A stretch of DNA of 64,000 nt from contig CM082583.2 of NCBI GenBank assembly GCA_040954595.2, forward strand, positions 12,376,987-12,440,986, given 5' to 3'. How positions within the stretch are numbered: position 1 is the stretch's first letter; each line of letters starts with the position of its first letter. Under the pieces are notes generated by a model. That model ran no database searches and had not been told where the DNA came from. It worked only from the letters and a program-made list of their open reading frames with translations. This stretch comes from Balanoglossus misakiensis. Lineage: Eukaryota; Animalia; Hemichordata. Shown here piece after piece: positions 39,101 to 50,801 of this stretch. The translations under genes and the position numbers were made by a program.

Positions 39101-42100
39101 TCACATTGAACAGCAGGAAATTCCCAACTGTACAGACGGAATAGAAATAGTATATTTTAAAATAAACTCTGTCCAACGTCTGATTGTTTTTCTAGCATCA
39201 TGATATTGTGCATGGATGCCTAAGAGGCAAATTCACTTACAAACCCATGTGTTAAGAGTCAAGCCTTTTTACCTTGGCAATATTCAACGAACCTGTCACC
39301 ATTTCACTGATTCGCATGACTGGCAAAGTCTACAAGAGCTTCAAGCTTTTCATGATAAAGGCATTCCTGTTTACACACAGGCATCCCTTGATTTTGTGTT
39401 GCACACTGAACAGCAAAGTAGAAGAAAAAAACTTGTGTTACATGGTACGGAACCAAAAACTAGCTTTGTAAACTGGTTTAATTAATGTTTTCTTTTCATA
39501 GGACAACACGACACTTTCTTGAGGTGGAAGAACAGCTATTAGTCGGTAACGGCTGTGACTTTGGGCACGAAATGACAAATGACCCGACGACACTGTATGG
39601 ATTTCAAAGCAAACTGAGAGCCTTATGCAGTTTCCCCCAACTGCACAGGGGCATAGAAAAGTGTTTGGAGTGCAATGTAAACACTGCAACTGGCCGTGAA
39701 AGACTAGTGAAGAAAGAGCAGAGAACGCAAAGCTTCAGACTTCAAACAAATGTGTATGTAAAATAGCACGTGGACAGGAAAACACAACCTCAAGTCTTGA
39801 GAAGGCAGTGAAGTCTGTCTTCTATAGTGTGTCTCAGTTCATTGACAACTGACTGTACTCGGAAGCAATGCACTGAATGAGTGTAAGGTACATGCAAGGT
39901 TTGGTCAATTGCGAGCATGCCTGTGAAAGTTTAACACGAACCTGTCAAGTATCGATAACTTTTCACTTCAGTGTCTTTGTTTAGTTACAAAATCGACAAC
40001 AGTCTGCTAGTCTGAAGAGAATATGCAAGTTGGGAAAAGTCAACATCCATTTACAGCTGTATGTTACAGGAAGCTGAAAGTGGTCCAGAATACCAATATC
40101 TTTCAGTGGTAACAAACAATAACTTCTATCTATATTACCTACAACATAAACATCGGCTGGGAGTAATAGCGCATTAGGTTCGTAACTAGCACTCAAGACA
40201 TTTCACATACACTTTAAACTGATGTAGAACACAAGTTTCAGAGGCTCTCCACAGTTTATTATCTTTGCACCTACATGGTTACTTTGTGGACAGGAAGTTT
40301 ATTTGTGAGCTTTCCTAATTGGAACCCAATAGCTGTGTACTTTGGGCCCAGTTTCTGATTAATATCACTGAGTATCTGGTTCTGCTTTCTGTCTGTAATG
40401 TAGCTATAATGCCTGCAGGTGCAATTGCTGGATGTGTAACTGTGCGAGGCAAGGTTTAACACTTTTACATATTGGGTCCATTACAGAGGTTAGGGTAAAA
40501 TTAAACTTGGAAGAAGAAGAAACAACAACAACAACAACAACAACGTCAACAATAGTAGTATAAGCATTCGTGTATAAAGATTTCATGGCACCTCAGTATT
40601 TTCTTTTTAAATTGACACTGAGGGACAATCTGCTGAGACAAGTATAAAAACTGTTGATGTTCTTCAACTTTTATAGACTGTTGAAGTCTCAATTCACCCA
40701 AACCAGTTATTGTAGAACTAGCTGTCCTAGTCTTATGTCAAGCATCCTGGACAATAAACACTCCTAACTTGGATGAATGGGGCGAGCTCTCTGCGTTTCT
40801 CTGCAAAAAGGCCTGTCTGACAAGTAAAAGTACCGTAATGAAACAATGTTCAAAAGGCTAAGCAGACGTACACCACATCATTCAGATGCACTGAAGTTGC
40901 AGCTTTCATTATTTTTTTCCTTTCTCCATACAAAGTCTCTGCGTATATTTTTAGTATTATTTTGAATGACTCCATTGTCTTCTTGGTTCGACCGTGCCGT
41001 GGTCTCTATTGGCAGTTTCTCGGCAGACAGGTTTCAGCCGTACCTTTTTGGCTTGAGTAACCCCTGGTGACATGTATAGTATGTGTCAGATAGCCTACAT
41101 AATGCTGGCTGTCTGCAGACCCATCAGGGCATAATTGAATTTCACAACTGATTTACCCTTGATAAGATAATAGCTGTAAGGCAGAATCTTGCACCAAATA
41201 TCAAATTTTCCTCGCCATTCAGTTGAATCAGTAAAAGAGTTCATGGTTACAATCCAATGGAATGTGAGGCCTTTTGTTAAAAATAACACAGATAACGATC
41301 ACAAAGTAAAAAATTTGCCAATTCTAAACTCACCTCACCTACAAGTCGAAACCTTAGTCTGTTTTTAAAAAGTTGTTTCAATCCAGAAAGTGGGCTGGGA
41401 GTTTTCTATCAGGTGTAATTGAATCCACTGATGTCTAATTTAAAGGCAAGAACTGGGGGACCTTCAGATTTCAAAAGCTGCTCTTTCTCTGACAGCTGTC
41501 TACGTCTGAACATTACAACGATTGCAATTGCTCAGCTGCAATACAGACTGACCAGTCACTTTCTCTGTAACATGAGAAAGCTAACATTCTGTGCAGCTGG
41601 TTTACTGGAACATTTTGTATGCTTGATGCCAAGTGAAATGCGGTATTTAATAAGGAAATATTTCATTTTCATCCTTTTATAAAAAGTGATAGACAAATGC
41701 CTTTCTGTGTGGGCTCCAGGTGGCACAGATAAATATTGACTTCATTGAAAAATGGTAAAAATGTTTAAAATGTATTCACTTTTGTATGTTCATGTACATG
41801 GGAGATGTTTCTCTAACACCTGTCTGTAGTATGGATTTTATGAACTGCCTGTAACAGGCGTTGCTTTACACTAACAGCTTGGTGAGAAAACTTAGCGTTC
41901 TACAGAAACGGCATTGTTTCTGAAAGGGGTATGCATGATATGTGGCACTGTATGTGTTTAGTGCAGGTCCTGGGAAAGCCAATGGTAAACAGTGGCTGTA
42001 GAAGCTGTGCTGAACGGCAAATAATTTTTTGTTTCTTGGTGTTTGCCTGACAGTTTTCAACACAGAGAGAACGGCTCTCTGTCCACACATGCACAGGATT

Positions 42101-44251
42101 CCCCATCTTGCCATTATTTTGTGAAGTGCCCCCCGATCCTGCTACATAGTGGATGGGGCTCATCTGCATGTCAACTTCAGACTGCTTTTAATAGTAGCAC
42201 AACCTGAGGCAAACTGGTATTTAGCCACCAGACAGTGATGAGTTTCCCAGACTCAGCCCGATGATGCCTCTCATATCGGCCGTTCCAGACACACAGCAAA
42301 TGATAACACCACCGCGTATCATTACCAACACCCACACAAGTCATCAACACAAGAGCACTTACTCTCCTGAAAGACAAATCACTTCAGACACTAAACTTGT
42401 ACCACAGAACATAGTCCCATGGACCGTGCACAGAATAAGCTGGCTTTACATTGTTAAACTACTTAAGACTTCTGGCAAGGACTTTTAGGAGGGTTCATTT
42501 TGGATAGACTTTTTTCTAACTGTAATAGAAAAAAAAACAAGTAATACATCTGAAGTGAAAGTTTTTTTAATTGGACCCCACTAACTTAATTGCCGTCTGC
42601 TTTAATCTGTCTGGCAGAACAGTACCATCACAATGCTATTAGGTCCTGAATTGATTAGCCATTGTGGACAATCTGCAGACTTGAATATCCTGCAGAAGCC
42701 TATAGATCAGAGTACAAATTCCATTCTCCAACAGGACCTATCAATCAGGGTCCCAGCCTGCCAACAAACAGGTGGTTAATTATGCCAGAATGTTCGAACA
42801 TGAAGTCACTGATTGCGACCAGAGAACAGAAAGATGCAGGGTGATCCAGGTCTTGATAGACCATTTGACTAAACTTTTCCAATCACTTAGCCCAAGCTAC
42901 TGAGTAACAGATCTTTCTGGGTGGTTTTTTTCCACTCTTGAAATCAAACACGCCAATGATCAGTATAGAGCCCCTGGATCCGGGGCCCGATTTACAAATT
43001 CCGCACCGATTGATCGATCGATCACTAAAACAAAAGACAGCACCCTGTTCAAACCAAAGCCACTGATCTGTTAGAAAAATATTTCACTCGAAGAAAGAGG
43101 GAAGAATTTCAAACAAGTACTTAATAACACAATTAGGACAATGTAAGAAAGCTTATTTTTTCATTCAAAAGAAAACAATACCTCAAAGGCTTCAAATGTT
43201 TTAATTCTTTTCACGTGAAAAGAACCCACCTGATGGGCTTCATGGTAAATAAAGCTCTCTCAGATGCGCCTGACATTATTAACACTTACAAAGCTCACCA
43301 AAAACAAAAAATCAGTTTCTCTCTGTTTATCTGACAATTTTTGATACACTGGCAGAAGCTACAGTAATGAGGCACTTTGTTGATTTCATTATCGCTGCAT
43401 GACTCTTACAGCAAGGTGTTCATAATTCTCAACAGGGAGCTTTAATGATCGATGCAAAGAATAAAAGTTTTCAGAGTTAGTGTAGTCAGCGGCCACGATC
43501 CCTTCACACAGAGCATTCCTTTTACACGTTTGTGAATGACTGAAACTCTTTGAGTGGTTGTCTGAAGAGGGTCTCTGCTTTGTGGCTGTATGGGCACTCG
43601 GAATGTGGTGGAATTGTACAGTTCTACCTGTTGACAATCGATGGATTACATCAGATTTAAACATTATTCTTAACGTTTTGTCGGGGAACTTTCCCCCTCT
43701 TTTTTTCTCTCATCTCTCCCGGCAACTGCAGGTGTAATCCTGGTGGAAACAAAAACCAACAGCTCCACAACAGTGGAAGCAAACACCACCTGTAAAAACT
43801 CAAAGTAAATCGGCCACTACAAGTAGTACAACCCAATCCTATCAGGGCATTCTTACGTTCAGAGTAATCAGCTTCCGACTGACCACACAGAAATGAGAAA
43901 TTAATTACACATTCCTTTTAAAAAAGAATGGTTTAAACAGTGTGATGAAATGAACTTGGTTCGACGAAACATTGTAGAAATAGTTTTTACCAGAATTCTT
44001 GAACAAAGCTGGTAGTTTAATAAATTAAAAGTTTTAATCCAATCAAATGACTAATTTCTAAATTTAATTTGACACTTCAGTTTGCTTTAATTGTCTTAAT
44101 TTGATCCTCCTCAAATTTTCTGGAAATCTTTTGAGAATAGTGGTATACAAAAGAATTTGAAAGCATTTAAAAATTGATTAAGTGCTTTACTCACCAGAAG
44201 AACTGCCGTCACAGTTGAGTAATAAACTGAAAACTCCTTGAAAGCAAGCAT
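27041..44251 (-). CDS. ADAMTSL1/3: ADAMTS-like secreted ECM protein (punctin / ADAMTSL1-ADAMTSL3 / MADD-4 type); 21 coding exons, 3558 nt, about 1185 aa: SP-TSP1-CysRich-spacer-8xTSP1-Ig-3xTSP1-PLAC
   Basis: All 20 introns are GT-AG with consistent phases. Signal peptide directly followed by [17 protein letters not shown], with no prodomain or HExxH metalloprotease exon found. Cys-rich VLDGTPC...CINGSC..VGCD; Ig IKCPV..W..YSC; [16 protein letters not shown]. Confidence 0.93.
27275..27425 (-). CDS. ADAMTSL1/3: ADAMTSL exon 20
   Basis: [17 protein letters not shown]...CNRNQCPA; phase 0/1. Confidence 0.92.
27632..27811 (-). CDS. ADAMTSL1/3: ADAMTSL exon 19
   Basis: [19 protein letters not shown]...[12 protein letters not shown]; phase 0/0. 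Confidence 0.92.
28005..28215 (-). CDS. ADAMTSL1/3: ADAMTSL exon 18
   Basis: [17 protein letters not shown]...[16 protein letters not shown]; phase 2/0. Confidence 0.92.
28343..28370 (-). CDS. ADAMTSL1/3: ADAMTSL exon 17 (28-nt microexon, [10 protein letters not shown])
   Basis: ccctttcag|CTATTGTAGCAAATTCGGATAGTGTTAG|gtaagt; phase 1/2, exactly what is needed between exon 16 (ends phase 1) and exon 18 (starts phase 2). Confidence 0.8.
28520..28858 (-). CDS. ADAMTSL1/3: ADAMTSL exon 16 (Ig domain)
   Basis: [11 protein letters not shown]...IKW...[19 protein letters not shown]; phase 1/1. Confidence 0.93.
29016..29169 (-). CDS. ADAMTSL1/3: ADAMTSL exon 15
   Basis: [16 protein letters not shown]...CGGPPCP; phase 0/1. 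Confidence 0.92.
29282..29470 (-). CDS. ADAMTSL1/3: ADAMTSL exon 14
   Basis: [16 protein letters not shown]...WVPQPWSD; phase 0/0. Confidence 0.93.
29592..29805 (-). CDS. ADAMTSL1/3: ADAMTSL exon 13
   Basis: [17 protein letters not shown]...[17 protein letters not shown]; phase 2/0. Confidence 0.93.
30051..30180 (-). CDS. ADAMTSL1/3: ADAMTSL exon 12
   Basis: VQTAIIEC...CNNFPCPP; phase 1/2. Confidence 0.92.
30295..30623 (-). CDS. ADAMTSL1/3: ADAMTSL exon 11
   Basis: [16 protein letters not shown]...[17 protein letters not shown]; phase 2/1. Confidence 0.93.
30853..30949 (-). CDS. ADAMTSL1/3: ADAMTSL exon 10 (linker)
   Basis: [31 protein letters not shown]; phase 1/2, required to join exons 9 and 11; absent from the ORF track. 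Confidence 0.85.
31129..31276 (-). CDS. ADAMTSL1/3: ADAMTSL exon 9
   Basis: [16 protein letters not shown]...CIKEQ; phase 0/1. Confidence 0.9.
31416..31614 (-). CDS. ADAMTSL1/3: ADAMTSL exon 8
   Basis: [16 protein letters not shown]...WYPGPWSQ; phase 2/0. Confidence 0.93.
31986..32006 (-). mobile_element. Kolobok-like TIR fragment in ADAMTSL intron 7
   Basis: ttacagctaatggagctttaa is the exact reverse complement of 16381-16401; possible decayed left end ttaaagct at about 31893. Confidence 0.5.
32356..32485 (-). CDS. ADAMTSL1/3: ADAMTSL exon 7
   Basis: [14 protein letters not shown]...CNEQQCPP; phase 1/2. Confidence 0.92.
32932..33016. mobile_element. 85-bp piggyBac-like MITE, copy 2 (ADAMTSL intron 6)
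   Basis: Same length and TIRs as 9614-9698; left TTAA, right TTGA (one change). Confidence 0.78.
33390..33507 (-). CDS. ADAMTSL1/3: ADAMTSL exon 6 (spacer end, TSP1 start)
   Basis: VLYIE...[27 protein letters not shown]; phase 0/1. Confidence 0.9.
33643..33787. mobile_element. Kolobok-like MITE with long imperfect TIRs (ADAMTSL intron 5)
   Basis: tcaa|agggatagtggctgtaactttcgataatattttcagtattt pairs imperfectly with aaatactgaaaattatcattgaaagatacaaataccgtccct|ttga; TTAA-like flanks. Confidence 0.6.
34071..34312 (-). CDS. ADAMTSL1/3: ADAMTSL exon 5 (spacer)
   Basis: [16 protein letters not shown]...[13 protein letters not shown]; phase 1/0. Confidence 0.92.
35067..35193 (-). CDS. ADAMTSL1/3: ADAMTSL exon 4 (Cys-rich end)
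   Basis: [27 protein letters not shown]; phase 0/1. Confidence 0.93.
35348..35593 (-). CDS. ADAMTSL1/3: ADAMTSL exon 3 (Cys-rich)
   Basis: [14 protein letters not shown]...CALICQAKG...VLDGTPC...CINGSCV; phase 0/0. Confidence 0.93.
35752..35907 (-). CDS. ADAMTSL1/3: ADAMTSL exon 2 (TSP1 #1)
   Basis: [26 protein letters not shown]...CSTQ; phase 0/0. Confidence 0.93.
40521..40544. repeat. (AAC)n microsatellite
   Basis: About 8 AAC units. Confidence 0.85.
44195..44251 (-). CDS. ADAMTSL1/3: ADAMTSL coding exon 1 (signal peptide [19 protein letters not shown])
   Basis: gacATG, phase-0 donor CTG|GTGAGT; joins LLVSRVHS of exon 2 to complete a hydrophobic signal peptide. Confidence 0.8.
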
Positions 44252-44604
44252 GTCTATTTGCCGACAGTGGGTGTTCAAGACTGGTGAATTACTAACAACC
44301 GGTTTCAAGCACTCTAACCAGCCATAAATTGCTGCAGACAACCACTGAGTTTCTTTGCTTTTCCCCGAGTACTTCACTGAAGCTGTCGTCAGTCCTCCGT
44401 GCAGTAAAACAAGAGAACAGGACCACTCATGCTACTGTGCAGTCCTCTACCGTGAACCGACTGGCAGCCCTATTGTGGGCAGCGCACGATTACCAGCTTA
44501 ATTTGCCTCAGACTGAACAGCCCTCTGTTTGTCCCTACTTTTTTTATACAGTTCCGACGGTGTGAGACTTCTTCAGTTGTGCCAACACTCGGCTGTTGTC
44601 CCCT

Positions 44605-44640
44605 CGCTATGTCCAGTAGCTACACAGCCACTTTATACCC
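44605..44640 (-). promoter_or_regulatory. candidate TATA box of the proximal ADAMTSL promoter
   Basis: Minus-strand gggTATAAAGtgg at 44637-44631, about 385 nt upstream of the signal-peptide ATG; weak initiator near 44608-44610. Confidence 0.5.
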
Positions 44641-47600
44641 AGGCACAAATACAGGCAGCTTAGAAATCCATGGTTTTTTATGAAGCCCAGAAAATGTAGA
44701 TTGCCCGGCAGCCCCGGTTTATTTTCTCCTGAATAAACACTGATAAAATGTATAGTATTTCGATCAAATAGGTTAAATATCCCAAGGGCCTGCAGCTGAT
44801 GTGTTCTCGGTGGACTGGTGGTCTGGTCTTAAACACGGTTCAAATGATCTCGCCTTCTGTCAGCTTGCCTTTACTTCACACAGGGGAGGATTAAGCAACC
44901 TTCACAGCCACCTCAAAGCAAAGCTTTTCAGTTTCATATGGGATTTTAATTGCTTTTGATTCTACTTGGCCAAATAAGGAAGAAAAAAAAAGTCCCTTGC
45001 TATGTTGGGTTCCCCCTGAAAGCAGACAGACGTGCATTCAATAATTGTTGGACGAAACGATACAAAGGGTGGGGATGCTTGACGTATATGTGCACGCCCC
45101 ACAAAAGTGGGTGGGGACAATTATGGAATTTTTCAACCAGAGCTAATGCACAGGATCTATGTTAGTAAATTACTACGGCAATGACCTGTCTTTAGCTCAC
45201 TTCATTTAAACAACCCCTAAGAATTTCTTTTTAAAAAATCAAACGATTTAACCATGAAAAACCGTTCCGTTTATTTCTACCCTTGGAATGAATGGTACAA
45301 TCAAAACAACGCTTCGAAACGTCTCCTGTCAGACAGTTTTACCTGCGACTCTCCAGCATGCAAATTAGAGGTGGCCAAGTCTTTAGATATCACACTGAGT
45401 GTAACTGTTTACAAATTACGACCCTTGACGAGTTGAACTAAAGACTACTTGGAAGCAAGGGGCTGCCTGCGGACTTTCTTTTGGCACTCCCCACTTCAAT
45501 TGAGTTGAAATTCAATGGAGAGCAGGCTTACACCTTAACACCTGCTGAAGCAAGAATTTGAAAGATTATCCGTATATAATACTTCTTCGGATATTTTGCA
45601 AAAGCAGATCTATACGCTCAAACTATCTCGTGGCTCCCTGTGTTTGCCAGACTTTTTTCTTGTACACTTAATCTACAGTTTGGTTTAGATCAGAACACAA
45701 TTGAACTGACAGAGATTAAACTATAAAGAGAAGATATGAGCAGACAATTGAAGGAGATAGAGCGAAACCCAATCTCCTGCAGACATACATGTTCAGTGGC
45801 TTGTTCGGTTTGTGCGAAATAATGTAACTTCACGTGGGGTGGGCCCACTCACTGATCCAAGAATAAAACTGCAACACGATCAAGGCTTGTTGGCCCTAGT
45901 CACACATTGAGAGAGTGCATCTCTCTGATTTTTATTTGACTGGATTCACCCTAAATCATTTGAAGCGTAATTAACAAACTCTTTTTGTTTTGCCAATTAG
46001 CTGCTGATGGGGGCCATCTCTTGATGGGCGGGGAAGGAGCTAAACAAACACAATCGTCTGAAGGAGTTCACTGGAACTTGACTGACAGTCACTACTTATG
46101 CAACTGTACAAACAGCATATTACATATATAAATACATCTGTCAGTGGCTGGCAGACTGATGTGCAAATGAAGTCAGATAAGTTCAAGGTATTGAAGAACA
46201 AACTCTCAGGGAAGGTTTATGAAAGTTTCAGTAAACTGCCATTTCTGTGATGGAAGACAGCCTGGAAGACAGCCTATGTCCATCGCATGATTTTGGCTGG
46301 AGTGACCAATTCCTGCCTTGGTCAAATGTGGATTCTGGAGCCGTCCAGCCTCCACTCAAATTGTTTCATCTTCATATATTGCAGCTTTGCAATCGCCTTT
46401 GATTAGATTTTTTTCGTGATTGCATCATAAATCTCTGTCAACACAACTCTGTGCCACCCACAAGCACAATTTACACAAGTTGGGGGGAAAAATCAAAGCT
46501 TGTTGACAGTAATGGTGGAGGGTTTAGGGTGATAGTTGATGGGATCAGAAGGGGGCAGATAACCAATGTTATCTTAGTGACTTACACTTATGTGTGCTTT
46601 TCTGATTTGTCTGGTGGGAGGTGCAATTAGTAGAACAATTAAACACCAATATACTAGCCTTGATAATGATCTCTTATAATTAGCTTATCAATCAATTAGG
46701 GGGATTTTTAGCACCATACCGTGACATAACTGTAACCAACACTGGGCTGAAGAATGCTATTTGGATTCAAAGTGGATTGCATTGGAGAGTTCTGCAAACT
46801 TCAAATAAAATCAAAACTGGTCCAGTTTTACTTAAAACTTGAAATCCAGTTGATCTTTCTTGGTAATTCCTACGCTCTCCTTGCCGCCAACAGTGATAAT
46901 TACAGGATGCATAGAAATAAATGTGTCACAATTTTGGTTCACAAAACATGACATATTAGCTGTCTTATGTAGGGACGAACCTCCCTTGTGACACTCAAAT
47001 CAAGTTCTCTGCAATGCCACACTAATCATTTCAAGTCTACACATTTCACTGTCCACTCCACAAGGTTGTAAAGTAGCTTTGGGATTTGTTTATAATTTAC
47101 AGGTGAGATTTGAATGTCAGCTGAACAAGAGACAGTATTAAACACAGGAAGCTCCGCTCATTAATAAGGTCTGCATGCCCTGATGTGAAATTCAGCTGCA
47201 CAAATTAGAGGTACCACATGGTCTAGACAACATGCATCACTGCAGACTGGGGGGCTTGTATACTACAGGGATTTCCGGGCCGAAGAACCGACTTCTCATC
47301 AACCGTTTAATAAATAGGCCTTTGCCAGAGAGGACTTTTGTGCAATAAATCCGCGAGTGATAAGAGAGAGAGAGAGGGAGTGTAGCAAATGTGTGGTCTG
47401 TGTGCGTACCCAGAGGGCCTGCTCTGTAAAGAAATCCATTGGAAAAAGCTGACAAGTCAGTGAAACAGTCTCCGGGTACAATGGAATCTGACAAACCCCA
47501 GGACAATGTGTGGCTACACAACCAGCCCCATTTGCACACACGGCTGTTGGGAATACTTAAAAGTCAATTCCAGACTTCAAAGATTGTCCAAACACCCGAC

Positions 47601-50600
47601 TAAAGAGGTACATCAGTGCTCTTTTGTCCGCACAGCTACACAGGAGACAAGATGATGTTTTCACCTGAGACGACCTGTTGCCTTTTCTTTCCGTCTCAGA
47701 AATTCTTCTGTATTCTTTCAAAACAAGCCTGAATATGCACTGTTAATATCTCCATTCATTTCGACAACCTTGAAGTCAAATTGCCCTGCCTCTGCGTCTG
47801 ATGGCCAGAAAAAACAAGTCTCCTGTTACATTTTGCCTTGATTGACACCAGAAAAAAAACATTTCTGGTCAGGACGGTAATGAACACAAATATTTTCTTT
47901 TAATTCAACTTCTTCAAACTGAGCAGGTTCGAACAAACAATTTTGATCACAAGAGTGATAACATTAAAACGTCCAAACAAAATATATAAAGTAAGTTATT
48001 TTTTTTGTGTTGAGTAAGCTCTTACTGGTTTATCTGGGGACACCCTCCTTATCTATGGTTACTGATTTATTTCTGAAATTATTCTGCTTTGGGTTGAAAA
48101 CCACTTTCCACAATTCTCATGAGTCAGAAAACCTGAATGCACATTCCCATACCATTTACGTCAATGCCAGGTAAAACGATATCCCAGAGTTGCACTATAC
48201 TGAGGATGGGCTCTTACCTTTTTGAGCCAGAGTCAATTCATTTCACTTAAATAACCCTTTTAGTCCAACCTTTGGATGATGAACCATTTCAGTAATGACA
48301 TACACAAAAGACCAATCACCAAAAATAACTTTAAAATCACACAATATCAATGAAAGTGAAGACACATGCAGGGTAAATTAGAGGAATGCAAAATAGGGAA
48401 GGTAAAAGTGCTTCAAATATTAATGTTGGTCTGTTCAGTGAACCTACAACCCTGTTAATGAAAAAAAAGCAATTTAGCTCTATTGGCTTTTAATTTTAGT
48501 ACTTTAGTAAAATGAAGACCAGATGGAAATCTGATCAAATTCATGATGTTATATATGAGATGGAATTTGTAATGAGTTATGGACTTTTGTACAAGTCAGG
48601 TGGACCCACCCACTTGATGTTCTCTGATAATTTCATCATTTCACTGCAGATGTTATACATTTGCATCTAAGCTTTGTGACAGCATGGTTTGTAAGGGTAT
48701 CACAGTCTTTTAGTGAAAGCTTTCAACACATCTACTGTTCATGTAGCTATCATGGTGTTTGTAAATCTCTCCTCTGTGTTTGCTGAGGGTAATTGGCCAT
48801 ACTACATCAGTTGTTAACATTTAACTTGGATGGGCTTGAAGAAAACTGTCATGCAAGTGCAGTTGTACAAATACAATGATATGTGGGCACATGCAGTGAG
48901 TGTACTGTTCGTCCACTAGATGATTTGTAAAAACAACTGGTTGGGAGTGATCACCTCGGGTCAAAAAGTACATCTGACATAATATCTTCCATTTGCTTCT
49001 CATAAACATCATTGTATTCTTTGAAACATCATGGACGATTGGATGTGACAGCACTTATGCAACCTATGGATGACTTTCGACAATCTGTCAAAGTAACTTA
49101 TTCGTCTTAGGTGAAAGGACTTGTTGGTTGACCATTTGTTATCAGCATAAAAAATAATGAATTTTCTCATCCTATAATGACATACATCCTGTGAAAGAAT
49201 CAGCTTTGGCTCTTCCAGAAGCAATAATGGTTACCCAGAATGATTTTTGAAGTGGAGTATTTAAAGTGGATTTTAATGCTTTGTTGTCACAATGTTAGCA
49301 TGTATATGCAGCATAATAATTAACTCATTAGCAATGTTATAAAGTGATCACTTAATAGGCATTAATGGCTCATTTGAGAACACGTCTTGATAAACTAGTG
49401 AAAAGGATTCAATGATTCACATCAAAGTCATGGATATGCTTCACAGAGTCCTTCAGGACACCAACAACCATTTTATGAGTTGTAATCACCATATCAACAC
49501 AAGAGAAAACTGTGACATGGTACCATCATTAGGCTGTTTATTTAGAACTTAAGTTTACAACAGGATAGATCAACAGACCGCATCCAATTTACCCAGTGAT
49601 TGATCTATGGCCACCGCTTTGAATTTGACATACAGCAATAAATTTCCCCTTTTGAATAACATTTACTCAAAATGTGACAATATAAGACCAGTGATAAACT
49701 GACTGTGATAGTGCGGCATTGTTTGAATTACACAGTGAGTCGGAAGTGCTATACCATGTGTGGTCTTTAAAGGCAGTGAGCGGGCGAGGAACAGTTCTAG
49801 ATGACTTAGTATCCACATTGGTTGTCAGGAAATTGCTTTTCCACAATCAACCATCCATGGGTTCTCACACCTACACAATCACATCATTATGTTGATATGA
49901 TGACTGTACTGTATTGTTGAAACCAGTGGGAAAATCCAGAGATTACCTGGTTCTACAAGTTTGTGTTTGTCTGTGCAATTATTCTTTGAAACTGTATCTC
50001 ACACATGAAATTAGCAGCTGAGGGAACAAAAAGTGAGACTATCAAATAGTTTCAATACACAAGTGTCACAGTCAACTCAGGATGTCATATCTATATATAC
50101 ATTTAATTCTTTGAGATTTTGTTTGCTATTGATATTACAGTCCTGTGAATTAGTCTTTCATGAACGCTGTGGAAACTCAACCTCTGATATGAACTCTAGA
50201 GGGCAGTAGTTTGTGTTAGCCCTGAGTTCTAATTTCTTTGCAACCTCTCTGCTAGAGCAATCATGTTGTTCCACCAAAACAATCACTTCGTATAGAAGGC
50301 TCTGACAGTTGCAAACATCAAATCTTTGCTGTTTCATTTTATGAGAGAATCTGTGACTTCAATCTTCTTTCCGAGGCTTCGATAGATATTTCAACCCCTA
50401 CCCATTTCTCCCCCCCCCCCCCTTTTCACGCAGCAGCGTAAGTCATTAGGACAGAGACAAACAAGACAGTCTCGCTCAATGGACAAACACCATCCTAAAA
50501 GAAGGCGTGTGAGAAGTTCCCATATGAAACCGCTATAAATAATCCAAGCGCATTACCTCATCGCACAACAACGTACATCTAGTTCCACATTCAGAAAAAT

Positions 50601-50768
50601 CTTTTTGAGTTCACCAATTGAAGAATTTTATGACTTCCTCTAATTTGCTCACTTTGGAGGATTATGACATCATCTCTAACTTTCACCTGTATTTTGGCGC
50701 AGTGAAATCTGCCTCTGCTAGACTGAGCAGCTTTTCTGAAAGGCGACTTGATTGAGCCTGTGGTTGAA

Positions 50769-50801
50769 GTGTGTGTGTGTGTGTGTGGGGGGGGGGGGGG
50801 G
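50769..50801. repeat. (GT)9 followed by G15
   Basis: Direct reading. Confidence 0.9.

Noticed and set aside
27041-44251. Calling the gene an ADAMTS protease or papilin
   Set aside because: The signal peptide leads straight into TSP1, with no prodomain/HExxH exon and no Kunitz domains; Ig + PLAC fits ADAMTSL1/3.
44252-44377. Upstream in-frame extension of ADAMTSL exon 1 (MKYSGKS...)
   Set aside because: It starts at a GTG; the ATG at 44251 gives a proper N-terminal signal peptide.
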